From Vicugna vicugna (Eukaryota), in contig MU058294.1 of the NCBI GenBank assembly GCA_013265495.1, positions 62,001 to 126,000 of the forward strand: a stretch of DNA of 64,000 nt, written 5' to 3'. Positions 13,741 to 25,768 of the stretch are shown piece by piece. A program made the translations under genes and the position numbers. Position 1 is the first letter of the stretch, and each line of letters starts with the position of its first letter. The notes under the pieces are model-generated. The model was not told the origin of the DNA. It saw only the letters and a list, made by a program, of their open reading frames with translations, and ran no database searches.

Positions 13741-14956
13741 AAAGTGTACAAAACACAAACATCTGTAAGTGAGCACTGGGGTGAATACTTGGAGGACTGG
13801 AAAAGGAGCAAAGATGTTAATTGTGAAGACAAGTTACCACAATGAGAGACACCCATGATGATATCAGTGGGAATGAAGGGAACTGAAATATAAGGAATAA
13901 GGTTCACCACTAAATGGTCGTGCAGGTGAAGAAGAGACATTTAACTCAAGTTAGCTGTGTTTGCAGGTGGGTAGGGGCTGGGGCTATAAGTAGACTGGGG
14001 TGGGGGGAGAATAGAATGGGCAGGAGATAATGAAGTAAATCGTGGGCATGTGCTGAAGTTATCTGTGGAAGACACACTTGGTGATATCTAGCTAGAGGCT
14101 AGATACAGTTTTGACACTCAGGGAAGAGTTTTAGGATTAAAATTATTTGAGCAGACTGAGTAAGAACAGGGGACTATAAAGTGAAGAGAACCAATTCTGG
14201 AGAACACCAGTATTTAAGAGGTCCAAATATAAAGATGAATTTTCTTAAAGAAAGAATCAGAAGAATAATATCTTTGAAACCAAGAGCAGAATATTTGAAG
14301 AGTTACACTACTAGTTTAGTATGGTGATCTGAGTATAGACAGTTACTTCTCCTGTATCTGAACATAAAATTAGAAGAAATGTAAAAATAGGAATAAATCT
14401 ATAACACCATTTGTATTTGTATAGCATACTGTGGGAGTGTTATAGGCAGGTCACAGATTTTTAGGAGTTGTTAGCAGCTATGAACAGAACTGAAGGATCA
14501 GAGAGGAGAAATACAGTATTCTCAGTTTTTGTTCAATCTGCCAAGCATAGCTCTATTCTCAAAGCCTCAAGACAGGACTTCTTGCCCCTAACTAGTAGCA
14601 ATCTGTCAATTCCATCTCCATCTTGACTGTTTTTATCTTTGCAAAGGCAAGTTCATGCAGTAATATATTCTCATTTAATATGAGGAAATGCATTTTTTTT
14701 GCACTTTTTAGCATTGCTTCTGGGAGAAGACTGAGAAAGATTTTGAATGATTATAGTCACTTGATGTGTGAACCCTGGTTAAAATAAGAAGGAGCACTTA
14801 AGGAAGGTAAAAGCTGATCTGACCAACCTAAGAACTGCTTCCCTGAAGGGGAAGATAAGCAGGAGGATTTTAGTATAAGAAAGGCAAATACTCAAATATC
14901 CTTAAAAAAAAAAAAAACAAACTATTTCAGAAAGGAGAGAGGAACCATCACCTCAC

Positions 14957-14965
14957 CTGAGCCAT
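14957..14965 (-). CDS. ZNF567: ZNF567 first coding part (MAQ) of a 74-nt exon 14957-15030
   Basis: aaaaccATGGCTCAG|gtgag with good Kozak context; acceptor ccttcttag|GAACC at 15031-15032. Total CDS 1944 nt = 647 aa + stop. Confidence 0.88.
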
Positions 14966-15716
14966 GGTTTTGAGATCTGCAAGAGATGACCAGCCTTCCT
15001 CTGGGCTCCTCTTTAGAAAAGGGACGGTTCCTAAGAAGGCAAAGCCAAGATGAAAAGAAGCCACATGACACCACATAAGCCTTACAGCTCTCTTAGGACT
15101 TAAAACTCAATTAAAACTGACTCCATTTCCCTTGCTTTGGCCCTGGTCCACCCTGCACATCCCACATAAATACAGGGAGAGAATGAACTAGACAAATCTT
15201 ATTTTATCCCCAAAACTAGAGATACAGGCTCCTGGTGGCAAGAGGTTAGATTTTGGGCAAACTCCCTTCCTCTCTAGTACCATCTTTTCTCTCCTAAGCT
15301 GCCTACTGTTATTAACTATTCCCAAGCTGTTCTCTATTAAGGCTCTACCACTTACACCGTGACCACAATACATGCAAACACCCATCACCCCATATTCTGA
15401 TGAGTACCACTGATACAAACTTCTTGATGCTTGCCTATCTAACAGGTATATATTGTGATTCTAGTTTTAATTTTTCTTCCTTTGGGAGCAGATAAGCTTC
15501 TATTCATAAGCTTAAAAAAACTTTAGTTTCTTAATCTGTGAAAGGGCTCTTATAATTCTTTCACTTTTCTATTAACTTATTTTTTTCTCGATTGAAATTA
15601 GATCTTGTTTAAAGGAAGGAAATTAATCCTATAATTACTTAAAATAATTTCTTTATAGTTTTCCATTTGATTTTGTGTTTTTCCCATGCAAAAAATAATT
15701 TAAAAAAAAGATTATT

Positions 15717-15848
15717 GGTGGGGGAGGGTGTAGCTCAAGTGGTAGAGTGCATGCTTAGCATGCAGGAGGTCCTAGGTTCAGTCCCCAGAACCTCCTCCAA
15801 AAATAAAAAAAATAAATAAACCTAATTACCTCCCCTGCCCCCCCTCTC
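15717..15848 (+). mobile_element. Camelid vic-1-type tRNA-derived SINE
   Basis: ggggagggtgtagctcaagtggtagagtgcatgcttagcatgc...aataaataaacctaattacctcccc; TSD AAAAAGATTATT at 15705-15716 and 15849-15860. Confidence 0.92.
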
Positions 15849-17929
15849 AAAAAGATTATTAGGCCATTTGGTTTAGTACCATAAGGGATTCAATAATCTG
15901 TATCAAATCACTCATCAAAACTGCCATCTTTATTATATACTTTATTTCCTTTACATACTTGAGTAAATCTGGACTTTAGTTCCACTGATCTGTTCATTTA
16001 ACTGCCAGGATTACTCTGTAGTTATTACAGTTTTAAAACATACTTTAGTATCAGTAGGCCTACCTCCTCCTTTATTACTTTTCTTCCAAAATGTCTGGCT
16101 TGTTCATTTTCTCCTAAGAAAATTAGAAAGTAAAAAAATCTGTTGAAATTTTAATGGAACTCCACAAATTGTTAGGGAGTCTTAACACTATCATGTGTCT
16201 TCTGGTCCTTTTATTCGAGTCTTTAATTTTTGAGTCCCGTAGAAACATCAAAAATTTTTTTACATATCATGCAATCTTTTGTAGCTTATATTTTTGATGG
16301 CCACTGGCCACTTTCCATAGGTTCCTGATACATATATACACATATGCATGGACACATGTACGTGAAGCCTGTTGATTTGTTAATGTCTTTTCTAGCAAAT
16401 CTCTGAGTTTTCTAATTGTTGTCATTGTTTTTTAGCAGGATGGTAACTTAGAAATTTTTCTGCCTCAGTCTCAGCAGATGTCCCAAAGATGGTGAGCAAA
16501 ACAAGCTTCTAATTGTCTCTCATTTTAAAATAAAGTCTTGTGAAGCAGCTGACTATAAAGTTTTGCTACCATTAATTTAACTTCTAATTCAAAAGGCTGG
16601 AGAAGCTAAGAAAGGGAATGTCTTTTTAAGAGAGCAAATTATTTTTAGAACATAATTTTATAGAGGGTAGAAAAGTAGGTGCTTCTGCCTTCCTTATATC
16701 AAACAAGGGGCCCCTTGGACACTGATGCCACTATAAATCAAAGTGTTGAGAGAATTTGGGGGGAAAATGTACATGTTTCCAAGATTTGGGTGGGAGCAGG
16801 GGTGGTAGTGGTGACTGAGGTGGCTAATTCTCACCTGAGCTCCAGATGGGGAACCCATGGATGGAGCCTGGCTAGGTTGGCTTGGATCCTGTCCAAGAGA
16901 ACTGATGCGAGACACAAGACCAGCCAGAGCAGGTGGGCCACTGCATGCCAACAGGAGGCAGCTGACGAAGTGGCTGTGCCCAGGAAAAAGGGAAGTGTAT
17001 CAGGAAGTTCCCAGCAGTTGGTTCTCTCAGAAGGTAAGATATGACTTACACTAAATTATAATGGTATCAGTCATGTTAGCCTCTTCTTGTCCCTGCCTTC
17101 TGACTTCTCTTCCTTTTTCCAGCTCCCAATCCATTCCAGCTGTAGACTATCCACCTAGAGGGAGTAAAGATGGGACAAAATACAGGTTGAGGAATTAGAG
17201 AAGAAACTGATCATATATTCTTTCACACAGCAGACTTCTAGCAGGAGGGAGAGTTTCTGCTTTAAGATAAGTTTGAAGTATTGATTACTACAGTGAACAT
17301 TTTATTTAGCTAAATAAGACTGATCTTGTGTTTAAATGTTCAACAGATAATTTAAAATTATCTTCACAGTAACTGAAGAAATTATTGAAACTTTATCGTC
17401 CAGGAATCCATCCAGCAGAAGAAAAAAATTCACCCAAACAGACATTTTTAGAGTGGCAGCTATGGGAGAAAGTTTTTTGTGTGTGCGCCCAATGGTGTTC
17501 TACTTATGTCAACATACTGCTCATTTGTCAATATAGGGTTTCCCAATACACAGTTGTATTATCTGGAAATTATTTTAACTTTACCTCTTCCTCTGTTTTA
17601 AAAATCTATTTTTTTCACTTGTCTAACTGCCACAGAGTCAGATTTTACAGGCAAATACATAATATTCAGATAATCCAAACAATACATAGTACTTAACTGG
17701 TCTTGCATCCACTCTCTTTTAAGTGTTTACTCTCAGTCACACAATGAGCCAGCCACATTCAAAGTCACCGTGAATTGTGCACACAAAATACTTCAAAAAT
17801 TGGACACATTCACTGTATATCACCCACTACATAATCACAATCCCACAGACACAAGTAATACATCATCTCAGAGTCCATAACATACTTCCACACAACGCAG
17901 CAAAATTTTACTCACAAACCCCTTACTGT

Positions 17930-18830
17930 CGCCTCTCCAAAGTCGCAGTCTCAGACTTCGCATCTAACCTAAAATCAGACGCACGCAGAGACTCTTACTG
18001 TCATAAACAATCGAATCCATAACGTCACAGAGTAACACACGTCAAAAAACAAACGAAAGGCGCAAAAAGCTACGCAAACGGAATGCCTGTGTGTGCGAGG
18101 CCGAGCTCACACCGCCTGGCGCTCCCGGTTCCCTCCTCGGCGTTCCCAGCCCTTGGGTCCCGGTTCCTTCCTCTGCCTAGGATCTCGCTTCCCTGCTCGC
18201 TTTCTCTAGGGCCCGGACGCTCGCTTTCCTCCCCTCCTCGGTCCAGGCTCCCTCTTCCTTCCTCGCTTTTCCCAGCGCAGGTTCCCGCCTCGGTCCTCGG
18301 CAATGCCCCCGGCTCCCACCATCACCAGCCCGCCCAGCGCCCGCAGAACCCACCAGCCTCACTAACCTCCGACTACCGGCCGGCCGGCCGCGCCTGCGTA
18401 CTCCCGCGCGGGCCGCGCCTCCCAAGCGTCTCCGCGGCTCCTTCTTCGCCGCCGCCGCGCGCCTTCTCGACATCCGGGCTTTTGCGGCCTTGAACTACAT
18501 TTCCCACAGCCCCTGGGCCGCTTCGGGAAAGAACTTTGGTCCCCGGTTCGTCTCTAGTTTCCCTCCCAAGTCCTCAGAGTCGGGTGCGGCGGGCACTCAC
18601 GGCGAGGAAGCCCCGGCCCTCTGGCGCACGCAGGGTGTGGGGAGCCGGGCGCTCAGGCCTGTGCCGGCGCGCTTGTGTGTGTGCTTCGGTGGCCACAACG
18701 AGGTGGGGTGTACGCGCGGTCCTGAGGCCGCGACAGGTGCAGGATGCGGGACCCTTCGGGTGACCGTGGTCGGCGGTGGTGTGAGGTATGAGGTATGAGG
18801 GGTTGGGATTTGAGACCGCCCTTCAGAAGA
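17930..18830. promoter_or_regulatory. CpG island; probable bidirectional promoter of ZNF567 (-) and a divergent + strand unit
   Basis: Dense CpG/GC. Minus-strand donor GGT|gtgagc at 18106-18110; plus-strand donor candidates at 18781, 18786 and 18793. Confidence 0.88.
18494..18512 (+). promoter_or_regulatory. ZNF143/THAP11 (SBS, ACTACA-nn-TCCCA) motif
   Basis: ACTACATTTCCCACAGCCC within the CpG island. Confidence 0.8.
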
Positions 18831-19682
18831 CAGTGCTGTTGTGGTGGACGAGGCTTTTAATTCTGTGACCAGGCAGGAGTTTGGGTCACAGGGTAGAGCT
18901 TCATTTCTGCTGTTCTGGGCTTAACGTCGGGACTGAGGGGGTCTGTTGAAGATCTCACTTGAGAGGGTATCTGTGCCTGTGAAGACAGCGATGCCTGTGT
19001 TAAGCAGAGTCGCAAACTAAGCATGGCCTGAGTTGCCTTTGTCGGGGCACCCCCACCTCTAGTGCCCAGACTCCAGTGCTTAACACAAAGTGGGTATAGC
19101 AAGGTAGTGAGGGTTGCCCGCCTAGGGGCCAGTTTTAGGTTCTGTCCTTTCTTGGGATCTTTATTCCTGTATCTCTGCTTCCTCTTTTTTTCCCACTTTA
19201 TAGCCGGGACCCCAGCTACAGAGAAATAGTCACCAAAATGGGAGTCAGATATTTGAGTGGTAGGATTAAGGTTACATACAAGCAAAAAGCACAAAGCTGT
19301 TTTTGGAATGAGTTTTAGGTTGGGAGTCCTAGAAAGACATGGGGAGAGCCCAGGAGTAGGATTCCTTCCTCAGAGGATCTCCCTTGGGAGCTGAGGTCAA
19401 GTTCCATGTTTCAGAACCACGAGATTCCCAAAGCTGTATCCCAAGGGAACTTGCTGTGAAAGTTTCAGCTCTGGATACAGTGACCCTGGCCTTTCTCTTT
19501 GATACTGAGAAGGGTTAGCAGTACTCCCATCTCCCCTTTATTTCCATGTAAGTATGTACGTGGTGGATGATGTGAGCTTGTGTAGTATTGAAGAATTTCT
19601 TCCAGTTTAGCCAGTCTGTACTCTAAGAAAGGTCTGGTGTTCATGAGTCCTTACTCCTCTCCTTCTCACTCTTCTCCTGCAG

Positions 19683-20574
19683 TGCATTTCTTGGAGAGAA
19701 GAGCCCTGAAGAAAGGAAAACATTACAGAACATATCTAAAAACCAAGCTCAGGTCAGGGATTTTGTTGTTGTTGTTATTCTCTTTGTTTTTGTTTTTCAG
19801 AAAAGGGAAATATTAGCTCTCCCGAAATGCTTGGGTTATTATTAGGCAGGGCCTAATATCTTGAAAATATTCCATAACCATAATTCTTTCTACAACTTTG
19901 CATTTGTCTATGTATGTGTTCTTTTACATGGTTATTTTATAATTTATCTAACCAATAACTTTCCCAAGCAACTCCTTTTTGCTGTCCAGCTCCTCTGTCT
20001 TCACTTTCTATTCCCTTTCAGGACCTTAAGGGGAACATGGGTTCCTGTTATTTCAGGGATATGCAGACATAGAAATGTGGCATTAACTTCTGCTGAGTGC
20101 AGTATAGATGACTCACCCTACTCAGGAATCTGTTAAGGGTGTGATATAGTACCAATATACATTTAATTAGCTAATCAACTGGTTCTCCCTGATTATAATA
20201 TCTCTTCTATTTTCCAATTCAAAATCTGCATTCTGGGGCCATCTTAACTCTCATCACTGTGACTCACTGGCGAATGTGACTCTTTAGGGTGCTTAGCTGT
20301 CTGAAATATTCATTTAATATTCTTGGAGGTGGAAATGGGCATCCCTGCTGTGTTATTTCAAAAGGGTCATCCTAATGCTTGATGTTACTTTTTCTACTTC
20401 CTTTCTGCCTGATGACCAAGGAAATGGTCTGAATTAGCGACATCAGGCCTAAGTCCCATTTCTTCTCCTATAAGCAGGTTTTATTATTAATTAATTAATT
20501 CCCAAGGAAAGTGTGATTTCCTTGTTGAAGCAATGGCTAGTGGAGAGGTTGGCTAACAAGAGATCCAAGCCTAG
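19683..20574 (+). pseudogene. Heavily decayed KRAB-ZNF gene fossil A: ATG-type exon 19683-19752, KRAB-A 20057-20182, KRAB-B 20478-20574
   Basis: Exon ending aaaaccAAgctcag|gt (ZNF567 has aaaaccATGgctcag|gt). tttcag|GGAT..aatgtggcattaacttct..accctactcaggaatctgttaagggtgtgat aligns to the KRAB-A consensus. aagcag|..FPKESVISLLKQ..ctag|gtaagtgag aligns to KRAB-B. Order and sizes are correct. Confidence 0.75.
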
Positions 20575-20970
20575 GTAAGTGAGGGGCAGCCAGTAAGAAG
20601 AATACACTGTGTATAAAATCTTCAGACTTAAGATTTAGGACTTTTAAGGTAGTATTTGAGTCACACATTTGAAAGGCTTCATGTCTATGAAGAAAGTTCT
20701 GGCCTCTTAAGCCAGAATTCAAACCACTACAACACTACATTCTGTATATTCATATCTGCTATTATTTCTTTTGCTCTCAAATAGGGAGGGATAGCTCTTA
20801 TTATTTTTTTCTGATAATAAAATTAGTAGATTCTTAATAAAGAAGTTTAGAGAATACAGAAAAGCTTAAAGTAAAGCTCACCTAGAAACAGCTTCTTTGA
20901 ACATTTTATTCCAAATCATTTTACCTATTGCTCTGTGAATTAACACATGGATATAGGCATATAGGATTTT

Positions 20971-21123
20971 TCTTGATTTATTTTTCCTTATTTTTTAATT
21001 TTATTTTTAATTTTGTTGGGGGTGTGTGGCATTTGGTTTATTTATTTATTTTTTAGTGGAGGTACTAGGGATTGAACCCAGGTCCTCTTGCATGCTAACC
21101 ACCACTGAGCTATACCCTCCCAC
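20971..21123 (-). mobile_element. Camelid vic-1-type SINE with small internal deletion
   Basis: gggattgaacccagg...ccactgagctataccctccc (reverse tRNA-like head); perfect 16-bp TSD AGGCATATAGGATTTT at 20955-20970 and 21124-21139. Confidence 0.92.
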
Positions 21124-21689
21124 AGGCATATAGGATTTTAAAATTCAGAACAAGTATACTGCAGTACTGTTTTATAATCCTTCTTCATCTAGCAAAATAT
21201 AGTGAACAATTTTTCACGTCAACAAATTACAAACTTTCATAATTTTTTTTACTACTTTGTTTTTCTGGATATACTATAATTTTTTAACTGTTTCCGTATT
21301 ATTGTAGGATATTTTAGTTCTTTCCAGTGTTTTACCGCACACTTTTTTTTTGTGCACATGTGTAATTATATCTTTTGGACAGAGTCTCAGAAATACTGTT
21401 GACAATGAAGCTTTCATAGTTAAAACCAGATTTTCAGCAATATACAACATACTGTGAGACTATATAGGGATATCATCAGTCTTTTAAATCTACCGATCTA
21501 GTGGAAGTTGTGTTTATTTGATTAAATGAATTATGCATGCTCAGGTTTCACTCAGTGTAATAAAATCTGGGCTTCTGAGGCAAAAACCAGAACTGAAAGA
21601 GAACTGCTTTTGTAGTTAGAGAACTATGGATTCAAAACGTAGATCTGCCATTTATTGAACATGAATTATTTCTTTTCCTTCATTTTTAA

Positions 21690-23570
21690 TAGGATTTTTG
21701 TACAACATAGAGTGCAGATCTTAAAATCATAGCTTGGCGATTTGTTTTTTAAACCCACACAACCATTTGATAAAGATGAAACTTTTCAACATCCTAGAAG
21801 GCTCCCTTCATGTCTCTTCCCAATCAGCATGCCTCAAAATTAACATTGTTCTGACCTCTAGCACTATAGATTTGTTTTGTCTGATTTTGAGCTTTATATA
21901 AATGGAATCATACAGTATATACTTTTGTACTCAACAGTATGTACTCTCTTACTCAACATTTTATCTCGAAGAGTTATTCATGTTATTTTATATAGTTTAA
22001 CATTGTATAGTTTTATATTGTCTAAATGTACCATAATCTATTTATCCATTCTCCTGTTGTTAGGATATTTGGGTTGTTTCCAGTTTTTGGCTATTACGAG
22101 TAAAGCTGCCTTCATGAATGTTCTTGTGCTATCTTCTGGTGTACATATTAATTCAGTTCTGTTTGCATTATATACTCAAAAATAGAATTGCTGGGTTAGA
22201 AAGTATATATAAATTTAGCTTTAATAGATATTGCAAAATAGTGTCTGAAAGTGGTTGTTTCATTTTATATTCCCACCTGCAATGTTTTTAGGATTCCAAT
22301 TGATCCACATCATCGGCAGTATCTTATCTTAGTCATTCTAGTGGGTGTGTAGTGGTACATTTGGATTTAATTTGCATTCTCGTTGTGACTAATGATGCTA
22401 CAAACATCAGTTCCTATGGACAATGGGATAATTTGATTATCCATAGAGCTGGGAATGAACAAAATTGAAATAAGTGAAGTTTCACAATAAAAATTAAGTA
22501 CAGAGCTAACCATACAACCCAGAAACTCCACTCTGGACCATTTATCCCAGACAAGTGAAAACCTAGGTTTACACAAATACCTGTACGTGAATGTTCACAG
22601 CAGCTTTATTTGTAATAACCCAAAACTGAATATAACCTAAATGTCCTTCAATGATAAATGGTTAAACAAACCGTTGGTTAAAATAAATGGTTAAACTATA
22701 CAATGGGAAAACACTCAGCAGTAAAAAGGAATGAACCATTGAAACACACAACTTGGATCTCAAGGGAATTTTGCTGAGTGGAAAAGAGCCACTGTTTGTA
22801 AAATTACAAACAGTATGATTCCCTTTATAAAACATTCTTTAAAACGGCAAAACTATAGGGATGGAGAACAGATTAGAGGCTGCCAGGGGTTGGAGGGTAG
22901 AGAGGAGGTAGCTGTGACTACAGAAGGGTAGCACAAGGGATCCCTGGGATAGAACTGTTTTAAATCACGATGGTAGTCAGGGTAGTCACATGACTCTGCA
23001 CATGTGATAAAATTGCATAGAATGAAATATACACACAAATGGGTGCATATAAAACTGGCAAAATGTAAATAAGTACTGTGTATGATATGAATATCAAAGT
23101 CCTGGTCATGATTTTTTTTTTTACAGGAAATTACCATTGAAGGAAATTGAGTGAAGTTATGTGGCTTATCTGTATATTATTTCTTAAACTGCATATAAAT
23201 CTACAATGATCTCAAAATAAAAAGTTAAACTATAAGCATATAGCTGGGACAAGCAGTTTGCCATCTGGAAAAAAATAAAGTTATATCTGTACTTCGTATC
23301 ATACCACAAGAATAAACTCTAAATAGATCAGGGATGTAAACATTATAAATGAAACCATATAAGTCCTAGAAGAAAGCATGGATGAATTCCTCTTTAACCT
23401 CAAGGTAGGAAGAAACTTTCTCATTATGACTCAGAAAACAGACACAATAAAAGAAAATATTGAAAATTTTGAAATATTCAAGATTTGACTACATTAAAAA
23501 AACATAATCAAAAGAATTTATAAATTGGAAGAAAATATTTGTAAGATTTATCACAGATAAAGGCTAATAT
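21690..23570. mobile_element. Old L1M 3' fragments in both orientations
   Basis: ttgggttgtttccagtttttggctatt (minus); aatgttcacagcagctttatttgtaata...ggctgccaggggttgg (plus). Confidence 0.7.
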
Positions 23571-23573
23571 TCG

Positions 23574-23975
23574 TATATTAGTGTGCTAGGGCTGCCATAA
23601 CAAAATACCACAGACTGGATGGCTTAAACAACAGAAATTAATTTTCTCACAGTTCTAGAGGCTGGACGTCCAAGATCAACATGTTGGCAGGTTTGGTTTT
23701 TCCTGAGGTCTCTCCTTGACTCCTCACTGTGTCCTCATAGGGTCTTTTCTCCTATGCTGGCATCCCTGGGGTGTCTCTCTCTCTCTGTATGTCCTAATCT
23801 TCTCTTCTTCTAAGGACACTAGTTAGATTGGATTAAGGCCTACCCTATCAGCCTCATTTTAAGTAAATTACCTTCTTAAAGGCCCTATCTCCAAATACAG
23901 TCACCTTCCAGGGTACTGAGGATTAGGGCTTCCACATATGAATGGGGAAGGGAGAGGACAGAATTCAAACCATAG
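23574..23975 (-). mobile_element. MaLR LTR (MLT1A-like)
   Basis: agggctgccataacaaaataccacagactgg..ggcttaaacaacagaaatt..ttctcacagttctagaggctgg. Confidence 0.85.
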
Positions 23976-24293
23976 AATTCCTAATATTTAAAAAAGCTCT
24001 TTATTTCACATTGTATACCAATACTGAATCATTATGTTGTACATCTGAAATATAATGTATATGTTAATTATACCTAATTAAAAAAACCCTTAAAATTGAA
24101 GGAAAGACTAAAAAAGCTTGACTGAAAAAATGGATAAAAGAAATGAACAAACAATTCACAAAAAATATGTAAAAGTGACCCTTAAATGTATGAAAAGAGA
24201 AATGCAAATTAAAATGATACTGAAATCATTTTTTCATCTATCATAATGGCAAAATTTTAACGTATAACGACGTATTTTGTTAGTAAGATAGGG

Positions 24294-24720
24294 TGTAATG
24301 GGCTGAATGATGACCTCAAAAACAGATGTCCATTTTGTAATTTCTGGTAATTTATTTGAAAAAAGGGTTTTTGTATGTCTACAAAATGAGGAATTCATCT
24401 TGGATTGTCTGAGTGGACCCTAACTAATCTAATGACAAATACCCTTGTAAGAGTGAGACAGAGTTTGACAGAGCAGGAGGAAGTGGCAGTGTAGCCATGG
24501 AGGCAGAGATTGGAGCGATGGGGCTACAGGTAAATACCTTCCACCAGAAGTTGGAAGAGGCAAAGAATAGATTCTCCCCTAATCTCTAGAGGGAGTCTGG
24601 CCCTGCTGACACCGAGATTTTAGACTTCTTGGCCTAGAACTATGAGAGAGAATAAATATCTATTGTTTTAAGTTACCCAGTTTGTGATGACTTGTTACAG
24701 CAGCCATAGGAAACTAATAG
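24294..24720 (+). mobile_element. MaLR LTR (MLT1B/C-like)
   Basis: tgtaatgggctgaatg...atggaggcagagattggag...tgttacagcagccataggaaactaat. Confidence 0.85.
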
Positions 24721-25330
24721 ATTAGTCTCATATATTGCTGGTACAAGCCTTATAGTGGGGAATTTGGCAGCATGTATAAAAAATATCTACATGTTTACCT
24801 GTCATCTAATTTTAGAAATTTACCCTGAAGGTATGCCTTCATCTTTTCAAAAATACAGCCATTATAGTGGATGCACTAGACCTTTACCTATTGACATGGA
24901 AAAATGTTCACTAGATTTAAGTAAGGAAGGTAGGTTTCAGAACAGCAACATTTAGCCAATTTTGTTTTTGAAAGGAAAGTCTATGTATAGAAGGAGGGTA
25001 AAGAGATTTACAATAAATGTTTGCAGTGGGCAATCATTATTTTAGGATTCTGTTTTCTGAATTTTAACTTAGTGTCTATTTCTTTTATAATCATAAATTC
25101 TGAAGGCTAATCCCTCTCTCTTTGGAACTGGAGGGAATTACAGAAGGAGCTATGGACACAGTGAAACATGGGGATGATGGTGACATACCTTTGGGAACTC
25201 AGGCTGGAGGGACTTCAGTTCTCTCTGCTGGCTTCTGAGAAGTCTTCTCAAACAACAACTTAAAGTTCTGATTCTTCACACCAGCTGAGCTTTTATTGCA
25301 ATGGCTTCCCTCTTTCTGGAGCTGGCTTAC

Positions 25331-25768
25331 TCGCTCCTTTCTCTAGCATTCAGGGCTGTCTCCTTTTTACCAATGGGGAAATCACATCTCCTTTAGAGAT
25401 ACAAAGTGCTGTATACAGGAAAAGAAGTGGGACTTGGATCTGCTGTGGTGATGTCAACCAAGGAAGAGGAAGAGAAGGGCCAGAGCAAGACAAGGTCACC
25501 TTAGGTGTCAAGAAAATGAAGCCTCAGTAATAACAGTTGTTTGTTTCCAGTTATATAAACGTCAAATCAGTTCTTCAAAGGCTCTCCAGAGAGTTGTAAT
25601 GAAGCAAAGTACTTCCAGCAGGCAGATTATAAATAATGAGGGGAAATATTCTTAATTGGCAAAAACCAGACTCCAACATCAGATCCTTGTGGTTACATCT
25701 CTGAGCATGGTTCAGGCATTTACTTTCCATCTGGGAGAACTTGATAGACATCTTCAGAAGTGACAGTC
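25331..25768 (-). pseudogene. Decayed KRAB-ZNF gene fossil B: KRAB-A about 25656-25768, KRAB-B 25331-25408
   Basis: ttgcag|GACTGTCACTTCTGAAGATGT then IKFSQMESKCLNHAQRCNHKDLMLE (seen in ORF 25575..25865). tatacag|..LCISKGDVISPLVKRRQP*MLEKG..|gtaag is KRAB-B with the Trp codon changed to a stop. Confidence 0.82.

Noticed and set aside
15717..15800. tRNA-like sequences (also at 8330 and 21060-21123)
   Set aside because: A-rich tails, TSDs and broken stems show they are SINEs, not tRNA genes.
16670..17400. Possible old LTR-like segment in ZNF567 intron 1
   Set aside because: I could not identify termini, a TSD or a family by eye.
18070..18798. Several 75-136 aa ORFs in the CpG island
   Set aside because: Stop-poor GC-rich DNA giving low-complexity P/R/G/A peptides with no recognisable family.
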